Source of the DNA: Acidobacterium sp.
Lineage (GTDB): Bacteria > Acidobacteriota > Terriglobia > Terriglobales > Acidobacteriaceae
DNA: 42,879 bases
Reading direction: 5' to 3'
NCBI GenBank assembly: GCA_003152595.1
Contig: PMAM01000345.1
Span: 1-42,879, forward strand
Below the pieces are notes generated by a model, which was not told the origin of the DNA, did no database searches, and saw only the letters and a program-made list of their open reading frames with translations. Positions 1-10,028 of this stretch are shown here, in pieces (position 1 is the first letter of the stretch; each line of letters begins with the position of its first letter). The translations under genes were made by a program, and so were the position numbers.

Positions 1-9
1 ATCCTCGGG

Positions 10-2268
10 ATGCTCGAAACGAACTACGATGCCGGCATGGCTCGTCAGACGTGGTCCGAGGTCGAGTCGCTGGCAATCCAGAGGCGCCATTATCTACTGG
101 CATCGCGCGCGGTCGGAGAGCAGGGCATTGCAGCATTTTTGCTCGGCGACATCGCAACAGCGAGGAAAGATGTCGAAAAGGCGTGGCTCGTCGCGAAGAT
201 TGACGACCCCGCTGCTCACATCCGGTATGCCAGTATGTATGGCACAGGCCTGGTTGAGCTGCATAAGTACAAAGAGGCAATCGGCCCGCTTGATGAAGCG
301 ATCAAAGTTGCTGCCAAGACACGAAATGTGGCTTATCCCTCGATCGCCGTCAACGCAAAGATCGAGGCGCTCAGCGGTATCGGTCAAAATGACCAGGCGG
401 TGGCACTTGCCGCTGATGCAATGCAGAAGGTTGCCGCTCTACACTTGGCCGGTCATCTGTATGAGCTTTACCAGACACGGGCAAGCGTCTACGAAAAGAT
501 GAACAACTGGAACCAAGCGTTTTCAGATCTCAATCAGGCCGCTCTATATGCAAAGCAGCTCTCGTATTGGCGCGGTCTCACTGAGGCAGATGGACTGTTG
601 GCCGAAGCGTACCTGCACCAGAGAGCGCTGCAGTCAGCTTTGACGGCCATCGACGAAGCTATTGATGCAAACAAAAGAATTCCAGACGAGCTGTACTTCG
701 TACCGAAGAATTTGGCGATCAAGGCAGAGATTCTTGCGCAGCTCGGCAATGTAGAGGCGTCAGATGACCTCTACGAAAAAAGCGCGGACGTGCTCGATGC
801 GCTTCTGAGCAAGGTGCCGACGCCCTCAGTCGAGAGACAGCTTTTGGGCGATCTCAGCAGCGTGTACGCCGGATATTTCGCATCGCTAGGCAAACAGGGA
901 AGAATGACCGATGCTTTTCGCGTAATCGAGCGGGCGCGCGGTCGCGTGGAAGCGCAGGGCCTTTCGCATCATGAACTCGTGATGCCGCACCAGCCGACGG
1001 AGGCTGACTTGCAGTTGACGAAACTCAATCTGCAGTTGCTCGACACGGACGATCCTGCCAAGAGGTCTGGCATTCTCGACGAAATCTACTCCGCAGAACA
1101 GCGACTCACCGGCTCCGTCACCGAAAGCGTTCCAACTCCCATTTCTCTCACGACGCTACAGAAAGACTTGCACCCATCTGAGCTGTTCATCGAATACATT
1201 TTGGATGACCCGGTTTCTTATGTCCTTGCGGTGACAAGCACGACGGTTCATCGCTATGAATTGCCAGCAAGGGCTCAAATTGAACAGGACGCAACGCAGT
1301 ATCGATCCGAAATCGTCAAACAAAAGACCAACATTGCGCTGGCCGAAAGACTGTTTCAGGAATTGCTCGGTCGGATACCGGAATACAGGGAAAAACGTGG
1401 TTTGGTCGTCGTCCCTGACGGTAAGCTTCATCTTCTCCCGTTTTCGGCACTCGCAGATTCCGGGCATTACGTTTTGACATCTCATGTCGTGAGTGTGGCG
1501 CCCTCCGGGACGGTGCTCGACATGCTCCAGCGCCGAATCATTCATACGGTTCACGACGCTCTCCCATACGTGGGAGTGGCCGCGTGGATATCTACACCTC
1601 CGCCGACCACTCTACTTGCCACCATTCGCCGTGCCGTTTCTGGGCCAGAGAAACGAGAACTGGTCCCCCTGCCCGAGAGCCGCAACGAAGTGGAAACTAT
1701 CGCCACTGATCTTCCAAAGCCCAGCACCATTCTCCTCGGCGATCATGCGACGAAAACGGCCTTCTTGCAGCTTCCGCTCAAAGAATATCGGGTTATTCAC
1801 CTAGCCTTGCACGGATACGTCGACCCTGAGTTCCCGGATCGTTCAGCCCTCGTCTTCGCGCCTCGTTCCTCACCCGCGGATGACGGCTTGCTCCAAGTAC
1901 GGGATATTCGGACTCTGCCACTGAACACGGACCTCGTGACGCTTTCAGCGTGCGACACGGGGGTTGGCCCAGTCGGCGAAGAGGGCGTGGCAAACATCGT
2001 GAACGCGTTCATCGAAGCGGGAGCACAGAGTGTTGTTTCGACGCTTTGGGAAATGGAAGACCGTTCGACTGCGCAACTCATGATCGCGTTCTACAGGCAC
2101 CTTAGCCAGAGCGAAGGTAAGGCGGAAGCAATGCGCGAAGCGCAACTCGAGTTGCTGAAGTCTGGAGACCCGCCGTACTTTTGGGCCGGCTTCGAACTTG
2201 ATGGTGAACCAAACGCAACGCTCTTTACTGATTGGAAATCAACTCCCCTGATTAGGAGCGGTCAATGA
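10..2268 (+). CDS. TPR-repeat / CHAT-domain (caspase-like) protease; N-terminus may lie upstream of the window
   Basis: 752-aa ORF; the frame is open back to nt 1. About 450 aa of helical TPR-like repeats are followed by a C-terminal CHAT signature, with His motif HLALHGY and Cys motif LVTLSACDTGVG. The TGA stop overlaps the next gene's ATG (ATGA at 2265-2268). Confidence 0.85.
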   Translation: MLETNYDAGMARQTWSEVESLAIQRRHYLLASRAVGEQGIAAFLLGDIATARKDVEKAWLVAKIDDPAAHIRYASMYGTGLVELHKYKEAIGPLDEAIKVAAKTRNVAYPSIAVNAKIEALSGIGQNDQAVALAADAMQKVAALHLAGHLYELYQTRASVYEKMNNWNQAFSDLNQAALYAKQLSYWRGLTEADGLLAEAYLHQRALQSALTAIDEAIDANKRIPDELYFVPKNLAIKAEILAQLGNVEASDDLYEKSADVLDALLSKVPTPSVERQLLGDLSSVYAGYFASLGKQGRMTDAFRVIERARGRVEAQGLSHHELVMPHQPTEADLQLTKLNLQLLDTDDPAKRSGILDEIYSAEQRLTGSVTESVPTPISLTTLQKDLHPSELFIEYILDDPVSYVLAVTSTTVHRYELPARAQIEQDATQYRSEIVKQKTNIALAERLFQELLGRIPEYREKRGLVVVPDGKLHLLPFSALADSGHYVLTSHVVSVAPSGTVLDMLQRRIIHTVHDALPYVGVAAWISTPPPTTLLATIRRAVSGPEKRELVPLPESRNEVETIATDLPKPSTILLGDHATKTAFLQLPLKEYRVIHLALHGYVDPEFPDRSALVFAPRSSPADDGLLQVRDIRTLPLNTDLVTLSACDTGVGPVGEEGVANIVNAFIEAGAQSVVSTLWEMEDRSTAQLMIAFYRHLSQSEGKAEAMREAQLELLKSGDPPYFWAGFELDGEPNATLFTDWKSTPLIRSGQ

Positions 2269-3566
2269 CAACGACTGTAGCCGCGGTTGCGCAAGTGCCG
2301 GTTGAACTCTCGGCTGAAGACAAGCACACCATTCTTCAAAATGTACTCTCGGTCCTGCGAAAACGGTTCTACTCGCCAGAAAGGCTGAACAGCGACTGGC
2401 TGGCGGCAGTGGACAGGCATCGGCCATCGATTGAATCTGCCTCCAGCGCCGACGCCTTCGAGCAGGCGGTGAGCGATCTCCTGGCGGAGTTGCACACCTC
2501 ACATCTGGGCTTCTTTCATCGAAACGCTCGCAGAGCATCGAGCCGCGCCGCACTCAGTGCCACCTACTTGGCGGACGACACGGATTATGGGAAGCGCTGG
2601 ATCTTCCAGGATGTCCACTCAGGCGGTGCGGCTGCAATTGCCGACATCGAGCCGGGCAACATCCTCCTCACCGTGGACGACCACGAAATCGTTCCCCCGG
2701 AGCACCCCGTCTTTCCGATGGGAAAGCAGACCAGAGTTGAACTCATCGACAATCAGGGGAAGCGGCGGAGCGTGATGGTCGATGTAGCTCGACCCAAAGG
2801 AAAGAAGCTCCATTTCATCGAACCGACCCTGGTAGAGGCCAGCCGGCTCGGAGATGGGCTCGGCTACCTGAAGATCGCCATGCTCCCCGGCATGGTTGGA
2901 GTTGTCGTCGCGAATCAGATAACGAGCGCGGTCCAATCTCTGGGGAGCGTCGATCGATTGATTATCGATCTCCGTGGGAATACCGGCGGTGGAGTTGGGG
3001 CGCTACGCGTGATGAGTCTCCTGATCTCAGAAAAAGTCCCTGTCGGTTTCGCTCTCGATAAGCGCCGCGCGAGTGCAAATCTCGAACAAGACAGACAAGG
3101 GTTCCCGCGGTTCTCACGGATTCCATCGAACACCAAGTTGCTCTGGCCCTTGGCCCTGCGATTTGCTCCAGCAATGCTCGCGAAAAAGCCAGTGGTGCTT
3201 GAAACTGAAGGTCTGGGACCTCAACCTTTCCACGGACGCGTTATGCTGCTGGTTGATCGGCACACAGGGAGTGCAGCGGAAATGATCGTCGCATTCGCAC
3301 GCGAGAACAACCTCGCAACGGTTGTAGGCGAACGGACGGCTGGCCGCCTCCTATCGGCCACATCCGTCAACGTGGGTAACGGATTCCGTCTTGCCTTACC
3401 AACCGGCGCATACCATACGTGGAAAGGCGCGATTCTCGAAGGAACGCCAATTGAGCCGGATCAATTCGCCGAATTCGATTGGCGCAGTCGGCGGGGCGGC
3501 TACGATCGACAACTCGACTACGCAATCGAATCGCTTCGACGGAAATCGACCGCCAGAGCCAGTTAA
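2265..3566 (+). CDS. S41 family (C-terminal processing / tail-specific type) serine peptidase
   Basis: 433-aa ORF, start/stop-coupled to the CHAT gene. S41-type motifs DLRGNTGGG and LLVDRHTGSAAEMIV are present. The N-terminus MTTTVAAVAQVPVELSAEDKH has no obvious signal peptide. Confidence 0.85.
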   Translation: MTTTVAAVAQVPVELSAEDKHTILQNVLSVLRKRFYSPERLNSDWLAAVDRHRPSIESASSADAFEQAVSDLLAELHTSHLGFFHRNARRASSRAALSATYLADDTDYGKRWIFQDVHSGGAAAIADIEPGNILLTVDDHEIVPPEHPVFPMGKQTRVELIDNQGKRRSVMVDVARPKGKKLHFIEPTLVEASRLGDGLGYLKIAMLPGMVGVVVANQITSAVQSLGSVDRLIIDLRGNTGGGVGALRVMSLLISEKVPVGFALDKRRASANLEQDRQGFPRFSRIPSNTKLLWPLALRFAPAMLAKKPVVLETEGLGPQPFHGRVMLLVDRHTGSAAEMIVAFARENNLATVVGERTAGRLLSATSVNVGNGFRLALPTGAYHTWKGAILEGTPIEPDQFAEFDWRSRRGGYDRQLDYAIESLRRKSTARAS

Positions 3567-3667
3567 GAGTTCAGGACTCTGCGCGTCCCGATTCCAAAGA
3601 AATGCCTGGATGAGTGACTCGGCGATTTGGCGCTCATTGAGAAACCATTTATCTGTAAGAGGACTTG

Positions 3668-5758
3668 ATGAGAAAACATACTCCTTTAGCGCACGGTCGT
3701 AAGCTCCGCCTCTTTGTCGCTTCGTTGCTCGCCCTTCTCCTCATCTCTGGTGTGGCCTCGCCTTCCGCCTCCGCGCAGAATGCGTCTGCGCACCCCAACT
3801 GGCCCGGCCCCGGACAGCTGTTTGTCGGCACCTGTTATCAGCCCGTAGATCGCTCGCCTGAGGAAATCGATCACGACATCGCCATCATGAAATACGCGGA
3901 CTTCAACGTCGTGCGCATGGGCGATCTGTCGTGGGACTCCTTCGAACCCCAGCAGGGCAGGTTCACATTCGAATGGTTCGACAAGATCATGGACAAGATG
4001 CAGGCTAACGGCATCCGGGTGATCCTCGATATTCCCGGAACCCCTGCTCCCATTTGGCTGCACCGCGCCTATCTTGGCGTCGATATCATCGCCCAGAGCG
4101 GTACGCGCCTTCCTCCGGCCGAGCGTTACATGGATGACATCAGCGATCCGGACTACGTGCGCGAGGTCAGCATGATGGCCGACGCGCTGACGAAGCGCTA
4201 CGCGCATCATCCCGCCGTCATCGCAGTGGGCTACGATAACGAGATCGGCAACGGCTACATGTCGTACTCTGAGGCCGACCGGCAGCGCTTCATCGCGTGG
4301 CTCAGGATGAAGTACGGAACTCCCGAGGCGCTCAACAAGGCCTGGGCGACGCAGCGCTGGTCGCGCCGCCTGAACAGCTTTGAGGACGTTGACCTGCCGC
4401 TCGCAGCCGGACCCGGGCCCTCCGAACGCTATTTTGATCTGCATCGCTTCTGGTCCGATGTAGCCATCGCGCGCCTGCGCGAACTCGACGCGATCCGCCA
4501 GCGCAACATGCCGAACATTCCATCGATCTCCAATCTATGGGACACCGCTTCGCGCCGCGGCTTCGACTATCTCTCGACTTACAAATCGTATGTCTCCTAC
4601 GGGGCCGAGGGCTTCTATCCTGCCGACCCGATCAGCGGAGCATTCGGCGCGCTGATGACTAAGGGCGACTTGCCCACTCCCATCTGGTTTAATGAGTTCA
4701 CCGCTGGCGGCGGTGGCTTTTACGGAACGCCCGGACGAAGCCGTATGTACGCCTACCTCGGCCTTGTGATGGGCGCACAGGGATTGCTCGTCTGGACCTT
4801 CAACAGTCATCTCGGCGGCGAGGAGCAGGCGCTTTTCGGCCCGCTCGATCACGACGGCACTCCCTCATGGAAGGTGGATGAGTTCGCGCGCATCGCCGAC
4901 GAGTTCAGACAACTGCAGAAGTACGGCTTCCCGCGCTACACGCATCCACAGGTCGCCATCGCATACTCTTTCGATTCCTTCATCGATTCGCACCCCAACG
5001 GTCCGTCGAACACCACGCTCCAATACTTCAGCCCTTCGTATACGGACCAGGTGCAGGGCGCATTTGAGCCCTTGTTCCGCGCCAACATCGACACCGCGAT
5101 CATCAACATCGGGCACGACAGCCTCAAGCCTTACCAGCTGGTTGTCGTTCCCGCCGACTACGTGATCGACGAGGCCAGCGCCAATGCCCTTCGCGCATAC
5201 GTGAGCAACGGTGGCACCGTGCTGATGACCGCGTTCTCCGCCAAGGTCGACGAGCACGGTCAGTGGTTCGACACGCCGCTGCCAGGACGCTTGCCCGATG
5301 TCTTCGGCCTGAGGACCAGCGCTTTCTACGATGTGGCCGCGCCGTTGGAATTCGACCTTGATGGCCATACTGTCAATAGCGGCGTTCGCCGCTATGAGGT
5401 GATCGAGCCCTCGACGGCCGAAGTCGTCTCGCGCTTCACCAACACCGCGGACCACACGCCCGCCATCACCATCAACCACTTCGGCAAGGGAGCGGCCATA
5501 TACCTAGCCACGGAGTCCAAAACATCTTCGATCAGCCCGGTATTGAACCATCTCTATGATATGACGGGCGTTCAACGCGGCCCGCAGACCCCTGAGGGAG
5601 TGTTTGCCCGCGTCGTGGATGGTCGGACGCTCTATGTGAACACCACCGGGGAGCAGAAGCGGGTCGCCATTGATGGAACAAAACGAGGGATTCTGACGAA
5701 TCGGGTTTACGCAAACGCCGTGGTTCTGGGTCCTCTCGAAGCGGATCTCGTTCAATGA
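3668..5758 (+). CDS. Secreted glycoside hydrolase family 42 beta-galactosidase
   Basis: ORF 3665-5758. The ATG at 3668 is preceded by an AAGAGGA Shine-Dalgarno. Signal peptide (LLALLLISGVASPSASAQ). GH42-like catalytic N-domain (NVVRMGDLSWDSFEPQQGRFTFEWFD, GIRVILDIPG, GYDNEIGN), with length consistent with the three-domain GH42 layout. Confidence 0.85.
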   Translation: MRKHTPLAHGRKLRLFVASLLALLLISGVASPSASAQNASAHPNWPGPGQLFVGTCYQPVDRSPEEIDHDIAIMKYADFNVVRMGDLSWDSFEPQQGRFTFEWFDKIMDKMQANGIRVILDIPGTPAPIWLHRAYLGVDIIAQSGTRLPPAERYMDDISDPDYVREVSMMADALTKRYAHHPAVIAVGYDNEIGNGYMSYSEADRQRFIAWLRMKYGTPEALNKAWATQRWSRRLNSFEDVDLPLAAGPGPSERYFDLHRFWSDVAIARLRELDAIRQRNMPNIPSISNLWDTASRRGFDYLSTYKSYVSYGAEGFYPADPISGAFGALMTKGDLPTPIWFNEFTAGGGGFYGTPGRSRMYAYLGLVMGAQGLLVWTFNSHLGGEEQALFGPLDHDGTPSWKVDEFARIADEFRQLQKYGFPRYTHPQVAIAYSFDSFIDSHPNGPSNTTLQYFSPSYTDQVQGAFEPLFRANIDTAIINIGHDSLKPYQLVVVPADYVIDEASANALRAYVSNGGTVLMTAFSAKVDEHGQWFDTPLPGRLPDVFGLRTSAFYDVAAPLEFDLDGHTVNSGVRRYEVIEPSTAEVVSRFTNTADHTPAITINHFGKGAAIYLATESKTSSISPVLNHLYDMTGVQRGPQTPEGVFARVVDGRTLYVNTTGEQKRVAIDGTKRGILTNRVYANAVVLGPLEADLVQ

Positions 5759-5839
5759 AGAGCGCACCGCGATGCTCGGTTCCGAACCGGCTTCGCTTCG
5801 CTTTAGGCAGTCCCCGCGTGACCTCATCCGGTTCTAAAC

Positions 5840-5863
5840 GAGCGCATCCAGGGCAATGCGCTC
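5840..5863. terminator. Stem-loop between convergent genes (possible bidirectional terminator)
   Basis: Perfect 8-bp stem GAGCGCAT / ATGCGCTC with an 8-nt loop, between the GH42 stop (5758) and the anti-sigma stop (5883). No U-run. Confidence 0.3.
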
Positions 5864-5882
5864 ACTTACGCCACCGAATTGT

Positions 5883-6581
5883 TCACTTGATCTGAAGCGG
5901 ATAATAGTACGCGGCTTGATCCTGCTCGTGTGTGGTTGAGAGGAAGTATTGCCCGGCGCGAGCATTTCTCAGGTCGATGTCCGCCACAATCTGCTGCTGG
6001 CCGCCGTTTACCCCCGTGGAGGCGAGACCCTCAGCGACGGCGCCATTCCCGTTTTGATCACGAGTGATTGCCACCAAATATTGGCCGGGAGCGCTGTGAC
6101 GTGGCAACACAATCGTGAGCTTGATCAATGCGGCCGGCAACGAGACGGCTTGCAATTGGCCGGGCTGCTCTCCACGGACAGTGCCAGCATCCCAGAGGTT
6201 CACTGTTTGAGAGACCGCTAGAGTGTTGCCGACGGAAGGGGTTCTCTCCATTGCGTATCTGCCAACGACGAAAGCGATCGCGATGATTGCGCAGGCCGTA
6301 ACTGCCGCGGCAACCACCACTCTTTGACGGCGGGACCGCAGATCTTCTCGAAGAGCAAGAAGCCTGTTCATGCAAGTGGGGCAGCTTGCCGCGTGATCGA
6401 TCCGTGGGTCGGAAAGTGCGATTTGGGGGGATCTGCGCGCTAGATCCCGCAGAAAAGCGTTGTCAGGGCATGGCCCTGACGGAGTCGTTTCCCCTGCGAG
6501 TACGCGTCGCTGATGCTGCTGCGCAATCCATTTCTCAAAACGGTCCTCTGCGTTTGAGGACCGACGCCAGCTTAATCGCAT
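5883..6581 (-). CDS. Zinc-finger (ZAS-like) transmembrane anti-sigma factor
   Basis: 232-aa ORF overlapping the upstream sigma gene by 10 nt. It has an H-x3-C-x2-C motif (HAASCPTC), a single TM helix (VVVAAAVTACAIIAIAFVVG) and an extracytoplasmic C-domain. Confidence 0.6.
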   Translation of the reverse strand: MRLSWRRSSNAEDRFEKWIAQQHQRRVLAGETTPSGPCPDNAFLRDLARRSPQIALSDPRIDHAASCPTCMNRLLALREDLRSRRQRVVVAAAVTACAIIAIAFVVGRYAMERTPSVGNTLAVSQTVNLWDAGTVRGEQPGQLQAVSLPAALIKLTIVLPRHSAPGQYLVAITRDQNGNGAVAEGLASTGVNGGQQQIVADIDLRNARAGQYFLSTTHEQDQAAYYYPLQIK

Positions 6582-7270
6582 TTCAGGGAATCTCCGGGTC
6601 GGGACAGATTCCGCAGCAGCGACCCCAACTCACGGAAGTATGCCTTGCGGACGTCTGAGTAGTCCATCTTCAAGTCCCGCCCAATTTCTCTCCAGGAATA
6701 TCCGTGCCAGCGCCGATTGACGATCCCTTGCGCGAACGGCGACAGTCTGGCGAAGATCTCGCTCGCGTAGATGTGCTGCTCGATGTCCGGCTGACATGCG
6801 CACATCGCTTCGAAATCTGTAGCCAAACCATTCGGGTATTCGCGCCTTTGTCTGCGCGCTAGGTATTGGGCCTGACGGCGAATCTCGCTCTTAACGCGAG
6901 CGCTCACCTTGACCAAAGTCACACTGGGATGACGGGCGATGTATTCGGTCGTGTTTTGAATCGCGTGGTCCATCAGATCGTAGGCAGCGTCGCGATTATT
7001 CAAGAATGTCCAGGCGCACAGCAGAGCGTACGGCCATGCTGCATTAGCAGCGGCCTCCAATATCTGATCAGAAGCGGGGTGTCCGGTCGTGCAGGCCCAG
7101 CTCCATGTCAGTTCTTGCCAACTGCGACCCTTTGGCGGCATTCGCGAGCATCTGCCCGGAGGGGGAGGAACCACCAGGTACCCGAAGTATAGCCAGCTTT
7201 CCGCAAAAAAAAGATGTAATTCAGCCCCCACAAACTGCCTTCTCAAATGCCTGTAGTAATTGCGGGACAC
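6572..7270 (-). CDS. Sigma-70 family (ECF-like) RNA polymerase sigma factor; start uncertain
   Basis: C-terminal region-4 HTH (GYSWREIGRDLKMDYSDVRKAYFRE) and a region-2-like segment. The longest ORF start (7270) gives an implausible N-terminus. The ATG at 7141 (MPPKGRSW...) is a more plausible start. Confidence 0.6.
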   Translation of the reverse strand: MSRNYYRHLRRQFVGAELHLFFAESWLYFGYLVVPPPPGRCSRMPPKGRSWQELTWSWACTTGHPASDQILEAAANAAWPYALLCAWTFLNNRDAAYDLMDHAIQNTTEYIARHPSVTLVKVSARVKSEIRRQAQYLARRQRREYPNGLATDFEAMCACQPDIEQHIYASEIFARLSPFAQGIVNRRWHGYSWREIGRDLKMDYSDVRKAYFRELGSLLRNLSRPGDSLKCD

Positions 7271-7321
7271 CGAGCCAGGTCAGATGGAAGTTAGGGCACG
7301 GAAAAACCAACAGACTAGGGT

Positions 7322-7786
7322 GTGTTCGCAGTGCAGCGCACAACGACATTCCGCTCAAGGCGAGATTTCGCTCGGGGAGACCACCGGGGCATTCCCAAAC
7401 CCGGTGTCGGGCGCATCCGACTGCCTGTCCCGCCAGCCACGTCGCCGACCGCAGCAGAGATCACGTATGGGCCAATCCTCAGTGCCGATGAGCCGGCCAT
7501 TCGATCCGCCGTCAAACTTCTTCAAGGAAAGTGGAAAATTGCGATTCTCCGCCAGCTCCAGAATGGCTCCGTCCGGCCGGGTGAACTAAAGAGGCGCCTG
7601 TCGCCGATCTCCAAAAAGGTGCTGAATCAGCATCTCCACCGCATGGAAAAGGACGGGCTGATCGTTCGTTCAGACCTCAGCAGGAGTGTCCCGCACGTGG
7701 AGTATTCCTTGACGAGTCCGCAGGGCTTCGCCACGCTCAATTTGCTCAGTGTGATCGTTCAATGGGGCAGGCAAACCTTTGATTGA
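7322..7786 (+). CDS. HxlR-family winged-helix transcriptional regulator
   Basis: Core LQGKWKIAILRQLQNGSVRPGELKRRLSPISKKVLNQHLHRMEKDGLIVR...VEYSLT is typical of HxlR. The only in-frame starts seen are GTG at 7322 and 7331, which gives a long N-terminal extension. Confidence 0.7.
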   Translation: MFAVQRTTTFRSRRDFARGDHRGIPKPGVGRIRLPVPPATSPTAAEITYGPILSADEPAIRSAVKLLQGKWKIAILRQLQNGSVRPGELKRRLSPISKKVLNQHLHRMEKDGLIVRSDLSRSVPHVEYSLTSPQGFATLNLLSVIVQWGRQTFD

Positions 7787-7843
7787 ATCGGAACCGTGCA
7801 CCGACTCAGGAGTGACCATGCCCACCGTGTATTTCGTATCGGC

Positions 7844-8038
7844 CTATTTCGCGGGTTTCGGCGCAGGGGTCGGACGAGTCGCGGCTTGCGTCGTCGGGTG
7901 CTGCTGCCAGTTTCCGGTGCTCACAGCAAAGGGATCTTTTCCGTGCATCAAAGCAGACCCGAAATAGCTCACGAATATGAGGGTGCCCAGCAATCCCAGT
8001 ACGATTGCGACGGGCTTCCAGGGGACGAGGATGATCAT
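7844..8038 (-). CDS. Small single-pass membrane protein (hypothetical)
   Basis: 64-aa ORF with an ATG preceded by GGAG, one hydrophobic helix (VAIVLGLLGTLIFVSYF) and a Pro/Thr/Ala-rich tail. No homology recognised. Confidence 0.3.
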   Translation of the reverse strand: MIILVPWKPVAIVLGLLGTLIFVSYFGSALMHGKDPFAVSTGNWQQHPTTQAATRPTPAPKPAK

Positions 8039-8250
8039 GGCGCTACTCCGTGGAAGAAGGGCAACTTGCGACTTTAGTCAATCTTATCGCCGAATCGGTT
8101 GAAGCAACCGCCAAAAGCACCGGCTTCAGCGAGCAAAGGAATTGCTATCGGGTTACGCGGTAGAGTCGCATGCAGCGTGCGAGGAAGCCGAGCGGGCGTT
8201 AGGAAGCGGGTGCTGAGCCCAGAGGGCCGCCAGCGGATCGCCGAGGATCC

Positions 8251-8281
8251 AAAAAAAGTTGGGCAGCCCAGAGTGGGCTGC
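8251..8281 (-). terminator. Possible rho-independent terminator (minus strand)
   Basis: 8-bp stem GCAGCCCA/TGGGCTGC (8263-8281) with a 3-nt loop. On the minus strand it is followed, after 5 nt, by a T7 run (A-run 8251-8257 on plus). The spacer between stem and T-run lowers confidence. Confidence 0.3.
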
Positions 8282-8454
8282 GAAATAGCGGCTCGGCCGC
8301 GGGAGGAGTATTCGAACCGTTCTGTCCACGACCAGGTTTCCAGAAACGGTTGGACCAGCGGTTACCGGCCGTTGGCCGAATTGTCTCTCATCACAACTTC
8401 GCCGAATTTTCCGCCGAATTGTGCGCCACAGAGACTCCGATCGTTCCTATTCGC

Positions 8455-9799
<1,345 letters not shown>

Positions 9800-10028
9800 C
9801 TTCCGCCCTCGTGGGTACCCGTGTGATGAGGAGCGAGAGGATTGACGGCAACGTTATGATGCCGAACACCTTCATGCGCGCCTTGAAGGCACCCGGAATG
9901 GGTACTTTGCGGCCCTTTTCGCTTGGGCGATTTCCTTCTTTGTGGGCGGGTCTTACCCATGATCTAAGGCAGGGAATCATGGCTGCCGCCCGAGCGGTTC
10001 CCGAGAGTACAGGTCAGGCGTGGAAGGG

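Noticed and set aside
8283-8385. ATTCGAACC (reverse complement of a GGTTCGAAT T-loop) suggested a minus-strand tRNA left of the integrase locus.
   Set aside because: After reverse-complementing, the flanking bases cannot form a T-stem (AACGG versus ACTCC), and no acceptor or anticodon stems could be drawn.
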